From: Gammaproteobacteria bacterium
GTDB lineage: Bacteria > Pseudomonadota > Gammaproteobacteria > UBA9214
Direction: 5' to 3'
DNA length: 62,571 bases
Assembly (NCBI GenBank): GCA_049667605.1
Contig: JBATIF010000240.1
Location: 1 to 62,571, forward strand
A model generated the notes under the pieces. It did no database searches. It saw only the letters and a list, made by a program, of their open reading frames with translations, and had not been told where the DNA came from. Shown piece by piece: positions 18,653-28,765 of the stretch (positions are counted from its first letter, which is position 1; every line of letters begins with the position of its first letter). Both the position numbers and the translations under genes were made by a program.

Positions 18653-19687
18653 ATGCAGCGCAGTGATTTTCAGTACCATCTCCCGGAAAGCCGGATTGCA
18701 TCGCATCCAGGCACACAGCGCAGTGCCAGTCGTCTGCTATACATTGATCCTGGCCGTGATGAATTTCGCGATGCCTTTTTTCAGGATTTCCCGGGCATGC
18801 TGATGCCCGGAGATTTGCTGGTCTTCAATGACACGCGGGTAATACCGGCGCGCCTGCAGGGGATCAAGGAATCCGGTGGCAGGATAGAAGTGCTGGTTGA
18901 ACGTATTACCGGCGGGCATGAGGCGCTTGCACAGGTGCGGGCCAGCAAATCGCCCGGGCCCGGTAGCCGCCTGCTGCTTGAAGGGGGTCTGACAGTCGAA
19001 GTGAAAGGCCGCGTTGACGATCTGTTCCGGCTGGAATTTCCGCCGGGGCAGCCGGTCATGGAGCATTTACAGGCGCATGGCCATGTGCCGCTGCCTCCGT
19101 ATATAAAACGCGTGGATGAGGCGGCCGACCACGAGCGCTACCAGACCATCTATGCCCGGGTACCCGGAGCGGTGGCCGCACCAACTGCGGGTTTGCATTT
19201 CGATGCAGACATCATGCAGCAACTCGATGCGCGCCATATCGACACGGACTTCGTTACCCTGCATGTCGGCGCGGGGACCTTTCAACCGGTGCGTGTTGAA
19301 AACCTGGCCGATCATGTCATGCATTACGAATACTACGAAGTGAGCGAGGCGACCAGTAACAGGATTGAAAAAACCCGCAGAAACGGCGGGCGTGTAGTTG
19401 CCGTAGGCACGACCGTGGTACGTAGCCTCGAGTCTGCAGTAAAGAATGGGGTAGTCAAGGCCAGCCGGGGTGAGACCAACCTGTTTATCACGCCCGGCTA
19501 CCGATTTCAGTGTGTTGACGCGCTGTTGACCAACTTCCACTTGCCTGAGTCGACCTTGCTGATGCTGGTGTCGGCCTTTGCAGGTTATCAAAGGACAATG
19601 TCAGCCTATCGGCATGCCATCGAGGCCGGTTACCGTTTCTACAGTTATGGCGATGCCATGTTTATTAACCGTCGTGCTGATGACTAA
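18653..19687 (+). CDS. queA: S-adenosylmethionine:tRNA ribosyltransferase-isomerase
   Basis: MQRSDFQYHLPESRIA... is a typical QueA N-terminus. The gene is followed by tgt, as in most Proteobacteria. The ATG at 18653 is preferred over the GTG at 18635. Confidence 0.93.
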   Translation: MQRSDFQYHLPESRIASHPGTQRSASRLLYIDPGRDEFRDAFFQDFPGMLMPGDLLVFNDTRVIPARLQGIKESGGRIEVLVERITGGHEALAQVRASKSPGPGSRLLLEGGLTVEVKGRVDDLFRLEFPPGQPVMEHLQAHGHVPLPPYIKRVDEAADHERYQTIYARVPGAVAAPTAGLHFDADIMQQLDARHIDTDFVTLHVGAGTFQPVRVENLADHVMHYEYYEVSEATSNRIEKTRRNGGRVVAVGTTVVRSLESAVKNGVVKASRGETNLFITPGYRFQCVDALLTNFHLPESTLLMLVSAFAGYQRTMSAYRHAIEAGYRFYSYGDAMFINRRADD

Positions 19688-20818
<1,131 letters not shown>

Positions 20819-20915
20819 TGCGCCACCTGAACAGGGCGATCGGAGCAGAGAGATCGCACGGGCGGACCAGCAGCCGCCAAATCGGGTTACAACCATGAAG
20901 GAGTAAACAGCAGGC

Positions 20916-21239
20916 ATGAATTTCTTTATTTCAGATGCGCTGGCAGCGCCCCAGGCTCAGGGTGATGCGCTGACCAGTTTTTTACCACTGATCGTCATTT
21001 TCGTTATTTTCTATTTTCTGTTGATCCGTCCGCAAAGCAAAAAAGCCAAGGAGCACAAACAGATGGTTGAGGCGCTGGCCAAGGGTGACGAAATCGTTAC
21101 CAACGGCGGTGTCCTGGGGAAAATCCTGAAGGTCGGTGATAACTTCATTGAGCTCGAGGTTGCAGAAGGCATGAACCTGAAGGTTCAGCGTCATGCAGTC
21201 TCCACGCTGGTGCCAAAGGGAACCATAAAAGAGCTGTAA
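20916..21239 (+). CDS. yajC: Preprotein translocase subunit YajC
   Basis: 107 aa with a single TM helix (LIVIFVIFYFLLIRPQSKKAKEH). It lies upstream of secDF. Confidence 0.9.
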   Translation: MNFFISDALAAPQAQGDALTSFLPLIVIFVIFYFLLIRPQSKKAKEHKQMVEALAKGDEIVTNGGVLGKILKVGDNFIELEVAEGMNLKVQRHAVSTLVPKGTIKEL

Positions 21240-21259
21240 CGCCAAAAGGACGGCCCGTA

Positions 21260-23116
21260 ATGACCAACCAGTATCCGCTTTGGAAGTATCTCCTCATTGT
21301 CTTCGTGCTGGTAATCGGCGCAATCTATGCGCTACCGAACCTGTATGGTGAAGACCCGGCCCTGCAGATATCCGGCACGCGTAATGCCGTTCTCGATGAG
21401 GGTGTGAAGGACAGCCTCCTGAAGACGCTTGACGAGGCCGGCATAAGCAGAAAGTCGGTTGAATATGACACCGGCAAGTTGCTGATTCGTTTTAATGACA
21501 CCGAAGAGCAGCTAAAGGCTGTTGAGTATGCCCAGGCTGCATTGGGCACGGATTACATTATTGCCCTGAACCTGGCGCCCGCCACGCCTGCCTGGCTGGA
21601 CAACTTTGATGCATTGCCCATGTACCTGGGCCTGGATTTGCGTGGCGGGGTTCACTTTCTTATGGAAGTGGATATCGACTCTGCCATCCAGAAGTCGATC
21701 GACAGCTATAACACGGGCCTGCGTACACTGATGCGGGAAGCGAAAATCCGCTATTCCAGCATTCGCTCCCAGAAGCGCGGCGTGCAGATTATTTTCCGCG
21801 ACAGCGCTGACCGTGAAAAGGCCTATGCCCTTATCAGGAAAGACAGTCCGAGACTGAAACTCGAGGAGGGGGGTGATGACGACAAGCCCTCCCTGTTTGC
21901 AAGGCCTGACGAGAACGAGATCAGGGAACTGCAAAAACTGGCCCTGCAGCAGAATATTCTCACCTTGCGTAATCGTGTGAATGAACTTGGAGTGGCGGAG
22001 CCCATCATCCAGCAACAGGGCACACAGCGTATCGTTGTGCAGTTACCTGGCGTGCAGGACACCGCGCAGGCGAAGAAGATACTGGGTGCGACAGCGACGC
22101 TGGAATACCGCGCGGTCGACGTTGAGCACGACCTGGAAAGCGCTCTTGCGGGTAAGGTGCCTGCCGGTTCCAAAGTATATTATCGCCGTGACGGCAGTCC
22201 GGTGCTGCTAAAGAAATCGGTCATCGCAACCGGTGACCAGATCATTAATGCCAATTCAGGCTTTGATCAACAGTCAGGCTCACCCAACGTGACGGTCATG
22301 CTCGATGCAAAGGGCGCGCGCAGCATGCTCAAGTTCACCAAGCAAAGCGTCGGCAAGCCGATGGCCGTGGTGTTTATCGAGAACAAGACAGAAACACGCC
22401 TTGTTGATGGCAAGCCGGTGAAGACACGCAAGAAGGTGGAGGATGTGGTAAGCGTTGCCACCATTCAGGGTGTTTTCAGCAAGCGTTTCCAGACAACCGG
22501 CCTGGACAGTCCCGCGGAGGCCCATGAGCTGGCGCTGTTGCTGCGCTCCGGTGCGCTGGCAGCACCAATGGAGATCGTCGAGGAGCGCACCATAGGCCCG
22601 AGTCTTGGCAAGGATAATATTGATCAGGGCTTTAACTCGGTGCTGATCGGATTTTGTGCAGTGCTGGTGTTTATGGTGCTCTACTACCGTTTATTCGGGC
22701 TGGTTGCGGATATTGCGCTGACCCTGAACCTGGTGCTGATTATCGCCATTCTTTCAATGTTGCAGGCGACACTCACCTTACCGGGTATCGCGGGTATTGT
22801 GCTGACAGTGGGCATGGCGGTGGATGCTAATGTTCTTATTTTCGAGCGAATACGCGAAGAACTGCGCAACGGCAACAGTCCGCAAGCGAGTATACAGGCA
22901 GGCTATGAGAAGGCTTTTTCTACAATTGCCGATGCGAACATTACCACCCTGATTGCGGCTATTGTCCTGCTGAGTTATGGAACCGGTCCAATTAAAGGCT
23001 TTGCAGTAACCCTGTCAATCGGGATACTAACCTCAATGTTTACTGCCATACTCGGCACCCGTGCAGTGATAAATCTTGTCTACGGTGGCCGGCGTATTTC
23101 CCGGTTGTCGATCTGA
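21260..23116 (+). CDS. secD: Protein translocase subunit SecD
   Basis: 618 aa with a large periplasmic loop and a C-terminal 6-TM RND-like bundle. It sits in the yajC-secD-secF order. Confidence 0.95.
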   Translation: MTNQYPLWKYLLIVFVLVIGAIYALPNLYGEDPALQISGTRNAVLDEGVKDSLLKTLDEAGISRKSVEYDTGKLLIRFNDTEEQLKAVEYAQAALGTDYIIALNLAPATPAWLDNFDALPMYLGLDLRGGVHFLMEVDIDSAIQKSIDSYNTGLRTLMREAKIRYSSIRSQKRGVQIIFRDSADREKAYALIRKDSPRLKLEEGGDDDKPSLFARPDENEIRELQKLALQQNILTLRNRVNELGVAEPIIQQQGTQRIVVQLPGVQDTAQAKKILGATATLEYRAVDVEHDLESALAGKVPAGSKVYYRRDGSPVLLKKSVIATGDQIINANSGFDQQSGSPNVTVMLDAKGARSMLKFTKQSVGKPMAVVFIENKTETRLVDGKPVKTRKKVEDVVSVATIQGVFSKRFQTTGLDSPAEAHELALLLRSGALAAPMEIVEERTIGPSLGKDNIDQGFNSVLIGFCAVLVFMVLYYRLFGLVADIALTLNLVLIIAILSMLQATLTLPGIAGIVLTVGMAVDANVLIFERIREELRNGNSPQASIQAGYEKAFSTIADANITTLIAAIVLLSYGTGPIKGFAVTLSIGILTSMFTAILGTRAVINLVYGGRRISRLSI

Positions 23117-23135
23117 TTAGCGAAGGCGGATAAGC

Positions 23136-24074
23136 ATGCAAATTTTCAAAGGTAAACTGAATATCGATTTCATGAGCAAGCGGCGCATTGCTGTCATATT
23201 TTCCATATTAATGCTTGTCATTGCCGTCGTTTCACTGGTTTTCAGGGGTTTGAATCTCGGCATCGATTTTACCGGTGGAACACTGATTGAAGTTGGCTAC
23301 CCGCAAGCAGTCGAGCTGGAGGAGGTACGCACGGTGCTGTCTGATTCCGGTTTTGACCTGGCACAGGCGCAGCATTTTGGCTCCTCCCGTGATGTGCTCA
23401 TAAGGATAGCGCCCCGCGAAGGCAGGGAAAGTGCCCAGCTAAGCGAGGAGGTGCTGGCAGCCTTGCGGGTGCAGGACGCAAGTGTCGAGATGCGCCGTGT
23501 TGAATTTGTAGGCCCACAGGTTGGCAAGGAGCTGACGGAGCAGGGTGCCCTGGCAATGGTCTATGCGCTGATCGGGATTCTTCTCTACATTATGTTCCGC
23601 TTCCAGTGGCGTTTTGCGCCAGGCGCTGTGGCTGCCCTGATTCACGATGTGTTGATCATCTTCGGCTTTTTCTCGCTGACGCAGAGTGACTTTGATCTCA
23701 CTGTGGTCGCGGCCCTGCTTGCGGTGATCGGTTATTCGCTGAACGACACCATCGTGGTATTTGACCGCATACGCGAAAACTTCCGTAAAATGCGTAAACG
23801 GACGTCTGTTCAAGTCGTCAATGCATCGCTCAATCAAACGCTGTCACGAACCATGATAACCTCTCTGACAACCTTGCTGGTGCTGATGTCGTTGTTTGTA
23901 TTTGGTGGCGAAGTCATACATGGATTCTCACTGGCCCTGATCCTCGGTGTCATCGTCGGCACCTATTCATCGATCTACGTGGCAAGTACCGCCACGCTGG
24001 CGCTGGGTGTCACCAAGGCAGATTTAATGCCCGCAAAAAAGGAAGAGGAAGGGCGCGAAGGAAGCAGCGTTTAA
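23136..24074 (+). CDS. secF: Protein translocase subunit SecF
   Basis: 312 aa with the SecF TM bundle (GYSLNDTIVVFDRIRE). Confidence 0.95.
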   Translation: MQIFKGKLNIDFMSKRRIAVIFSILMLVIAVVSLVFRGLNLGIDFTGGTLIEVGYPQAVELEEVRTVLSDSGFDLAQAQHFGSSRDVLIRIAPREGRESAQLSEEVLAALRVQDASVEMRRVEFVGPQVGKELTEQGALAMVYALIGILLYIMFRFQWRFAPGAVAALIHDVLIIFGFFSLTQSDFDLTVVAALLAVIGYSLNDTIVVFDRIRENFRKMRKRTSVQVVNASLNQTLSRTMITSLTTLLVLMSLFVFGGEVIHGFSLALILGVIVGTYSSIYVASTATLALGVTKADLMPAKKEEEGREGSSV

Positions 24075-24099
24075 GCAGGCGTCTGTGCCTGCTGCAGGG

Positions 24100-24321
24100 T
24101 TATTTTTTGGCAGCTGTCTTTCCGGCAGTCGGGAATGGCAATATTCTGGCAGTCGCCTGCGACTGGCGCTGCGGGCTTTCGACGGCAACGATCTCCAGGT
24201 TGCCGAGCTCGCTGCCGCAGCTGCTGTCCCGGGTGAAATCCGCCATGCCGTGCAGCACGTCACGCATGATCACTTCCAGGGCGTTGTTGTTAATCTTGTT
24301 CCCTTTCATTGATTTAGCCAT
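24100..24321 (-). CDS. Hypothetical small protein (73 aa), Lys-rich ends
   Basis: An ATG is preceded by AGGA about 9 nt upstream. The ORF sits in an otherwise empty convergent gap between secF and suhB. I recognise no family. Confidence 0.4.
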   Translation of the reverse strand: MAKSMKGNKINNNALEVIMRDVLHGMADFTRDSSCGSELGNLEIVAVESPQRQSQATARILPFPTAGKTAAKK

Positions 24322-24490
24322 ATCTTTTTATCCTGATTATCAATCCGGTTATGGCTGGACTACAGCCGTGTATATGGCTCAATAATCGGCGACCATGCAG
24401 CAAACTTGAACAAGCCAGCCGCTGCGGCAGGCGTAGGGATATCTCGACGCCAGTCGCATCAGGCTTACAGCCTGGCCGATAAGGGGGGGG

Positions 24491-25291
24491 TTATTTTGTA
24501 CGCAGTTCGTCCGTAACGCAGGGACGAATGGTTTTCAGGATTTCTGCAAACAGTTTCGGGTTGGCGCTGACCAGGTTGCCGTTGCTTAAAAAATCATGCC
24601 CGCCGCTAAAATCGCCACACAGGCCGCCGGCTTCCCGGATCAGCAATACGCCTGCGGCCATATCCCAGATGCTCAAACCGATCTCCCAGAAGCCATCAAG
24701 ACGGCCGCTGGCAACATAGGCGAGGTCGAGAGCAGCCGAGCCGGCGCGCCTGATACCGGCAGTCCTGGGAAACAGGGCGCGGAACATATCCAGGTAGGTG
24801 TCCAGGTGTTGCTGCGATTTAAACGGAAAGCCGGTGCCCAGCAAGGCGCCGTCAAGTTCCTTGCGGGTTGTTACGCGGATGCGGCGGTCATTCAGCATGG
24901 CCCCCTCTCCGCGTGTAGCGGTGAATAATTCCTGGCGTAATGGATCGTAGATGACACCCTGTTCCAGCCTGCCCTTGTGCCTGAGGCCGATGGATACGGC
25001 AAATTGCGGGAACCCGTGAAGGAAGTTTGTTGTGCCGTCCAGAGGGTCGATGATCCATTGATATTCATCGCCGTCATGATGGCCGCTTTCCTCTGCAAGA
25101 ATGCCATGATCGGGGAAGGCCTTGCGCAGGATATGGATGATTTCCTTTTCTGCCTGGGTATCGACTTCACTGACAAAGTCATTGCGACTCTTGGAGTGCA
25201 CGGTAAGTGAGTCCAGCTTGCCGAGATTGCGGATGATGACGTTGCCGGCACTTCGTGCCGCGCGGACAGCGATATTCAGCGTGGGATGCAT
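24491..25291 (-). CDS. suhB: Inositol-1-monophosphatase family protein SuhB
   Basis: The MHPTLNIAVRAARSAG N-terminus and metal motif WIIDPLDGTTNF are present. The start is at the internal ATG (codon 15 of the track ORF). Confidence 0.9.
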   Translation of the reverse strand: MHPTLNIAVRAARSAGNVIIRNLGKLDSLTVHSKSRNDFVSEVDTQAEKEIIHILRKAFPDHGILAEESGHHDGDEYQWIIDPLDGTTNFLHGFPQFAVSIGLRHKGRLEQGVIYDPLRQELFTATRGEGAMLNDRRIRVTTRKELDGALLGTGFPFKSQQHLDTYLDMFRALFPRTAGIRRAGSAALDLAYVASGRLDGFWEIGLSIWDMAAGVLLIREAGGLCGDFSGGHDFLSNGNLVSANPKLFAEILKTIRPCVTDELRTK

Positions 25292-25399
25292 GATTTTCTG
25301 CCTGTAGCAAGTACCCGGAGTGCGGGCGCGCAAAGCATAGCAGAGAAGGGCAGCCGACTGTAAGCGCTGGGATGGTCGCTGGATGGCGCGACTGCCGGT

Positions 25400-25723
25400 T
25401 TATTGTTCCTGTTTCTGTCTGCGGTATTCCTTGCGTAACTGCTGGCGTTCATGCGGGGGCATTTTTTCATATTGACTGCGTTTTCGTTCAATTGCCTGAC
25501 GCTGTTGCGGGCTAAGTTCAAGATACTTGCGCGCACCCTGGCGTAGCTTCTGTTGTTCTCCCGGGGTGATGTTCGACCAGTTTCCCCGGTATTGTCGCAA
25601 CGCGGACTGCTCTGTTTCGTTCAGGGAATCCCAGGGGATGGCCCTGGCCGCGAGTACGGCCTGGGAGCCGAGCGTTAAAGCCAGCGCCAGCAGCAGGGAC
25701 CTTGCAGCGATTACACAGTTCAT
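25400..25723 (-). CDS. DUF3106-like periplasmic protein
   Basis: Signal peptide MNCVIAARSLLLALALTLGSQAVLA is followed by repeated W..L.p.EQ / sPqQRq helices typical of DUF3106. The start is 1 nt after the anti-sigma stop (TGACATG). Confidence 0.7.
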   Translation of the reverse strand: MNCVIAARSLLLALALTLGSQAVLAARAIPWDSLNETEQSALRQYRGNWSNITPGEQQKLRQGARKYLELSPQQRQAIERKRSQYEKMPPHERQQLRKEYRRQKQEQ

Positions 25724-25724
25724 G

Positions 25725-26195
25725 TCAGGTATTGTTCGGGTTGCTGTCTTCATTGTCGATGCTATTACCATTCTGGCCGGCAAGCCAGAGGTAAAAGTCG
25801 ATATCTTCATACAGGTCCGGTATTTCCTGGCCAGACTCTGCCGTCGCCAGTTGTGTATCCTGGTGCCCTGGCTGGGCCACCCAGTAGCCGATCGAGACGG
25901 CGATCAGCAACAGTGCCGCCGTCGCATATGGGACAAATGTGCGCGCATGGCGCGTCTCTGCCTGCTCCAGGGCCTGCCGACGCCTGCCTTGCAGGGAACG
26001 CCCGAGTGCAGCCGCGTCCAGCTGCGGGCCGAGTGCAGCAGGGCCAAGCTGCTGCCAGCTGTTGTAGTGCGACTGGCAGGACGGGCATTGCTCGATGTGG
26101 TCTTGCAGTGACCTTTTCTCATCTGCCTGATCATCCAGCAGTCCGGCACGCAGCCGATCCAGCAGTTCCGGATCAGGATGTTGTTGGCTGTGCAT
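25725..26195 (-). CDS. Anti-sigma factor (ZAS-type, single-pass membrane)
   Basis: It has the H-x3-C-x2-C motif (HIEQCPSCQ) and a central TM helix (YATAALLLIAVSIGYWV). It overlaps the upstream ECF sigma gene by 23 nt. Confidence 0.75.
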   Translation of the reverse strand: MHSQQHPDPELLDRLRAGLLDDQADEKRSLQDHIEQCPSCQSHYNSWQQLGPAALGPQLDAAALGRSLQGRRRQALEQAETRHARTFVPYATAALLLIAVSIGYWVAQPGHQDTQLATAESGQEIPDLYEDIDFYLWLAGQNGNSIDNEDSNPNNT

Positions 26196-26850
26196 GATTC
26201 CACACCTCCGCTAATTGCACGCGTAATGTACGCAGCGCTCTGAAATGGTGCTGCTTGACGCTGTTTTCCGAGCAGCCGAGCGTCTGCGCTGTTTCATTGA
26301 TAGTCATACCACGCCATTCCCTGAGTATAAATACCTGGCGCTGCCTTTCAGAGAGTGATTGCAGGGCATCGGCCACCTTGCTGCGCAGCTCCGCGGCGAC
26401 AATTTCTGCCTCGGGAGCGGTTATATCGTCATCGCGACCGGCGGCCGGTAGCTCGTATTCCATGTTTGCCCCGGCCTCGTCAGTGTCTTTCTGAAACAGG
26501 CCGGTCAATGACAGCAGTTTGTGCTTGCCCTGTTCCAGCATGCGCCGGCGTCGAATATCATTGATCTTGCTGTTCAGTATGGTGCGGAACAGCGCCGGCC
26601 ATTCTTTGGCCGGTTTGTCACGGTAGTATTCTATCAGCCGGGTCATACTCTCCTGCACGGCATCAAGTGAAGACTCCCGGTCCCAGAGGGCGGCGTAGGC
26701 GATATAAAACGCCCGCTCCTCCCAGTCGATGAAGAAGCGTTCCAGTTGTCGGTTTTTTTGCTGATCTATGGGCAAGGTAGCTTCAGGGCGATGCCTGGAA
26801 ATGCGCCCGGTATTTGTTGAGCACAGCGATTCCGTGCAGTCCATGGTCAT
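26173..26850 (-). CDS. ECF (group 4) RNA polymerase sigma factor
   Basis: Region 2 (FYIAYAALWDRESSLDAVQESMTRL...) and region 4 HTH (LSERQRQVFILREWRGMTINETAQTLGCSENSVKQHHFRALRTL) are present. The start is set at the ATG at 26850 (or 26844). The 351-aa track ORF is an out-of-frame read-through of the upstream His-rich gene. Confidence 0.85.
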   Translation of the reverse strand: MTMDCTESLCSTNTGRISRHRPEATLPIDQQKNRQLERFFIDWEERAFYIAYAALWDRESSLDAVQESMTRLIEYYRDKPAKEWPALFRTILNSKINDIRRRRMLEQGKHKLLSLTGLFQKDTDEAGANMEYELPAAGRDDDITAPEAEIVAAELRSKVADALQSLSERQRQVFILREWRGMTINETAQTLGCSENSVKQHHFRALRTLRVQLAEVWNHAQPTTS

Positions 26851-26923
26851 GATTTTCAGGGTGTGTCCCGCCAGTGGGACACACCCTGCCAGTTCGCGCA
26901 GTATAACCGATTCATGCCCTGGA

Positions 26924-27262
26924 CTAGCTCCGGTGGCGAGCGCGGCTACCCTTGTCATGATGGTCTCCATGTCTCCTCTGCCCGTAATGGCCGTCATGCC
27001 CATGGCGGTAACGGTCGCTATGGTAGCGGTGAAAACGGCCATAATGACGGCTATGCTGCTTATGGCCGCGGTAGTCACAATGGCGACGCTGATGTTTAAC
27101 ATGATGGCGCAAGTCGCGGCGCTGCTTGGCGTGTACATAGCCATGATCTGCGCCATGCAGGGCGGCGGAATAATGCGTTTTTCCCGCCTGGGCAGATGTC
27201 GACAGACCAAGGGAGAGGCCGAATACAAGCAATGACGGAATTAGCAGTGAACGAATTTTCAT
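26924..27262 (-). CDS. Secreted His/Arg-rich protein (112 aa)
   Basis: A strong SD (AAGGAG, 8 nt upstream of the ATG) and signal peptide MKIRSLLIPSLLVFGLSLGLSTSAQA are present. By hand count, the mature part has about 20 His among about 86 residues, in H-x-x-R-H / RYRHGH-like repeats. It is the first gene of the ECF operon. Confidence 0.65.
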   Translation of the reverse strand: MKIRSLLIPSLLVFGLSLGLSTSAQAGKTHYSAALHGADHGYVHAKQRRDLRHHVKHQRRHCDYRGHKQHSRHYGRFHRYHSDRYRHGHDGHYGQRRHGDHHDKGSRARHRS

Positions 27263-27341
27263 GAGTGCGGCTCCTTTCTGGTTGACTCATAAGCCGCTAA
27301 CGGGGAGCCGCGCGTTTGGTTAACACGCAGGCAGTCGATGT

Positions 27342-28226
27342 TCAGCCGCGCTGGTGTCCGATTGCCTCACCCATCCGCACCGGCTGGCCGTTTAGCAGGC
27401 TGCTGATCCAGTCGATCCGGCCGGGACCGTACAGCAATATAACGGTGGAGCCCATATTGAAGCGTCCCATCTCATCTCCGGGCCGGAGTTCGACCGGCCT
27501 GCTTCCGGGTTGATCATGGAGGCTGGTTTCCAGGGTCATGCCCATATGCGGGTTTACGATGCCCCCCCAGACGGTTTCCATGCAGGACACGAATATGGCA
27601 CCCACCAGGATGACGGCCATGGGCCCGACATCCGTTTCAAACAGGGTCACCAGGCGTTCATTCCGGGTAAACAGGTCCGGTATTGCACGCACCGTGTGCG
27701 GGCCTACACTGAATAATCTGCCCGGTATATAGGTAGTCTCAAGCAGCCGGCCTTTGCAAGGCATGTGAATGCGGTGATAGTCGCGCGGTGAAAGGTAGAG
27801 GGTGGCGAACTTGCCAGCCTCGAAGGGTAGCGCCCGGCTTTGATCGCCACCGAGTAATGTAGCGAGCGAGTAATCACGTCCTTTTGCCTGGATCAGGCGT
27901 CCGCTGGTGATATCGCCGGCTTCACTGACACAGCCATCAACCGGCGAGAGAATAGCCCGTGGATCCATGTCAAGCGGTCGAACGCCCGACTTCAGGGCTC
28001 GGGTAAAGAAGACGTTGAAGTCGGCATAGTCACTGGCATCGGGAAACTCAGCTTCCGACATGTCGACATTGAAGTGCCTGATGAACAGCCGGATGAGCGT
28101 ATTTTTCCAGAAAGCGGATTTCCAGCGTGTCGCCCTGCGTACCAGTCTGGACAGCAGCTGGTGCGGCAGTATTAACAAGGGCCAGGACTTTATGAGGTCC
28201 GCGAGGCTCGCAGTTTTCACGGGCAT
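27342..28226 (-). CDS. psd: Phosphatidylserine decarboxylase proenzyme
   Basis: 294 aa with the self-cleavage motif FNMGSTV near the C-terminus. Confidence 0.93.
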   Translation of the reverse strand: MPVKTASLADLIKSWPLLILPHQLLSRLVRRATRWKSAFWKNTLIRLFIRHFNVDMSEAEFPDASDYADFNVFFTRALKSGVRPLDMDPRAILSPVDGCVSEAGDITSGRLIQAKGRDYSLATLLGGDQSRALPFEAGKFATLYLSPRDYHRIHMPCKGRLLETTYIPGRLFSVGPHTVRAIPDLFTRNERLVTLFETDVGPMAVILVGAIFVSCMETVWGGIVNPHMGMTLETSLHDQPGSRPVELRPGDEMGRFNMGSTVILLYGPGRIDWISSLLNGQPVRMGEAIGHQRG

Positions 28227-28244
28227 GAACCTGAAGCTGCCGGG

Positions 28245-28709
28245 TTAATGGTGTTGATGTGTCTGGCCGTCATCGGCCCGGCGGATCACGGGTGTGTCCA
28301 GCGTCAGGCAGATATCGTTGCTCAGATGCAGGGTCAGGGTGACACGGTCGCCGGCGGCCAGCGGGCGACTCGGGTTGAACAGCATCAGGTGCAGCCCGCC
28401 GGGTTCCAGCATGACAGTACCCTTTGCCGGTATCTCGAGCTGTTTGATATGCAGCATGCGCGCCATACCTTCGCTGACGACGGTGCGATGCAGTTCGGCA
28501 GATTCGAAATCCGGGCTGGAAATGCCGCTGATACTGATAACAGCATCACCCGGGTTCCTGATGGCCATATAGGCTGCCAGCACCTTGCTGGCAGGAGGTG
28601 CCTCCCTGACCCATGCATGCGAAATATCGAGTGTCGCGGCAGTGGCAGCCGTGCACAGGCACAGGGCTGTCAGCAGGGCAATGTGAAATGGGAGGTTTTT
28701 TGTTTTCAT
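28245..28709 (-). CDS. Copper chaperone PCu(A)C (DUF461)
   Basis: It has a signal peptide, H..W motifs and Met-rich MARMLH/MLEPGGLHLML motifs. It lies adjacent to an SCO protein. Confidence 0.85.
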   Translation of the reverse strand: MKTKNLPFHIALLTALCLCTAATAATLDISHAWVREAPPASKVLAAYMAIRNPGDAVISISGISSPDFESAELHRTVVSEGMARMLHIKQLEIPAKGTVMLEPGGLHLMLFNPSRPLAAGDRVTLTLHLSNDICLTLDTPVIRRADDGQTHQHH

Positions 28710-28765
28710 CAGTTATTTCGCTTCTGTGTCGGAATGCATCGGGTGTTGTCCTGGTGGAGGGTAGT

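Noticed and set aside
24075-24108. Canonical intrinsic terminator after secF
   Set aside because: The GCAGGC/GCCTGC hairpin is real, but the T-run lies 10 nt beyond the stem and is actually the Lys-Lys-stop end of the convergent 73-aa ORF. It is too weak to list as a confident terminator.
26851-27228. N-terminal 126 aa of the 351-aa ORF-track entry (26173..27228), which would make a giant ECF sigma
   Set aside because: The sigma-70 region 2 homology begins only after the MTMD start. The upstream part is a low-complexity alternate-frame reading (A/I/T/M-rich) of the His-rich gene, which has its own strong SD and signal peptide. The plus-strand ORF 26768..27235 is a third frame of the same repeat.
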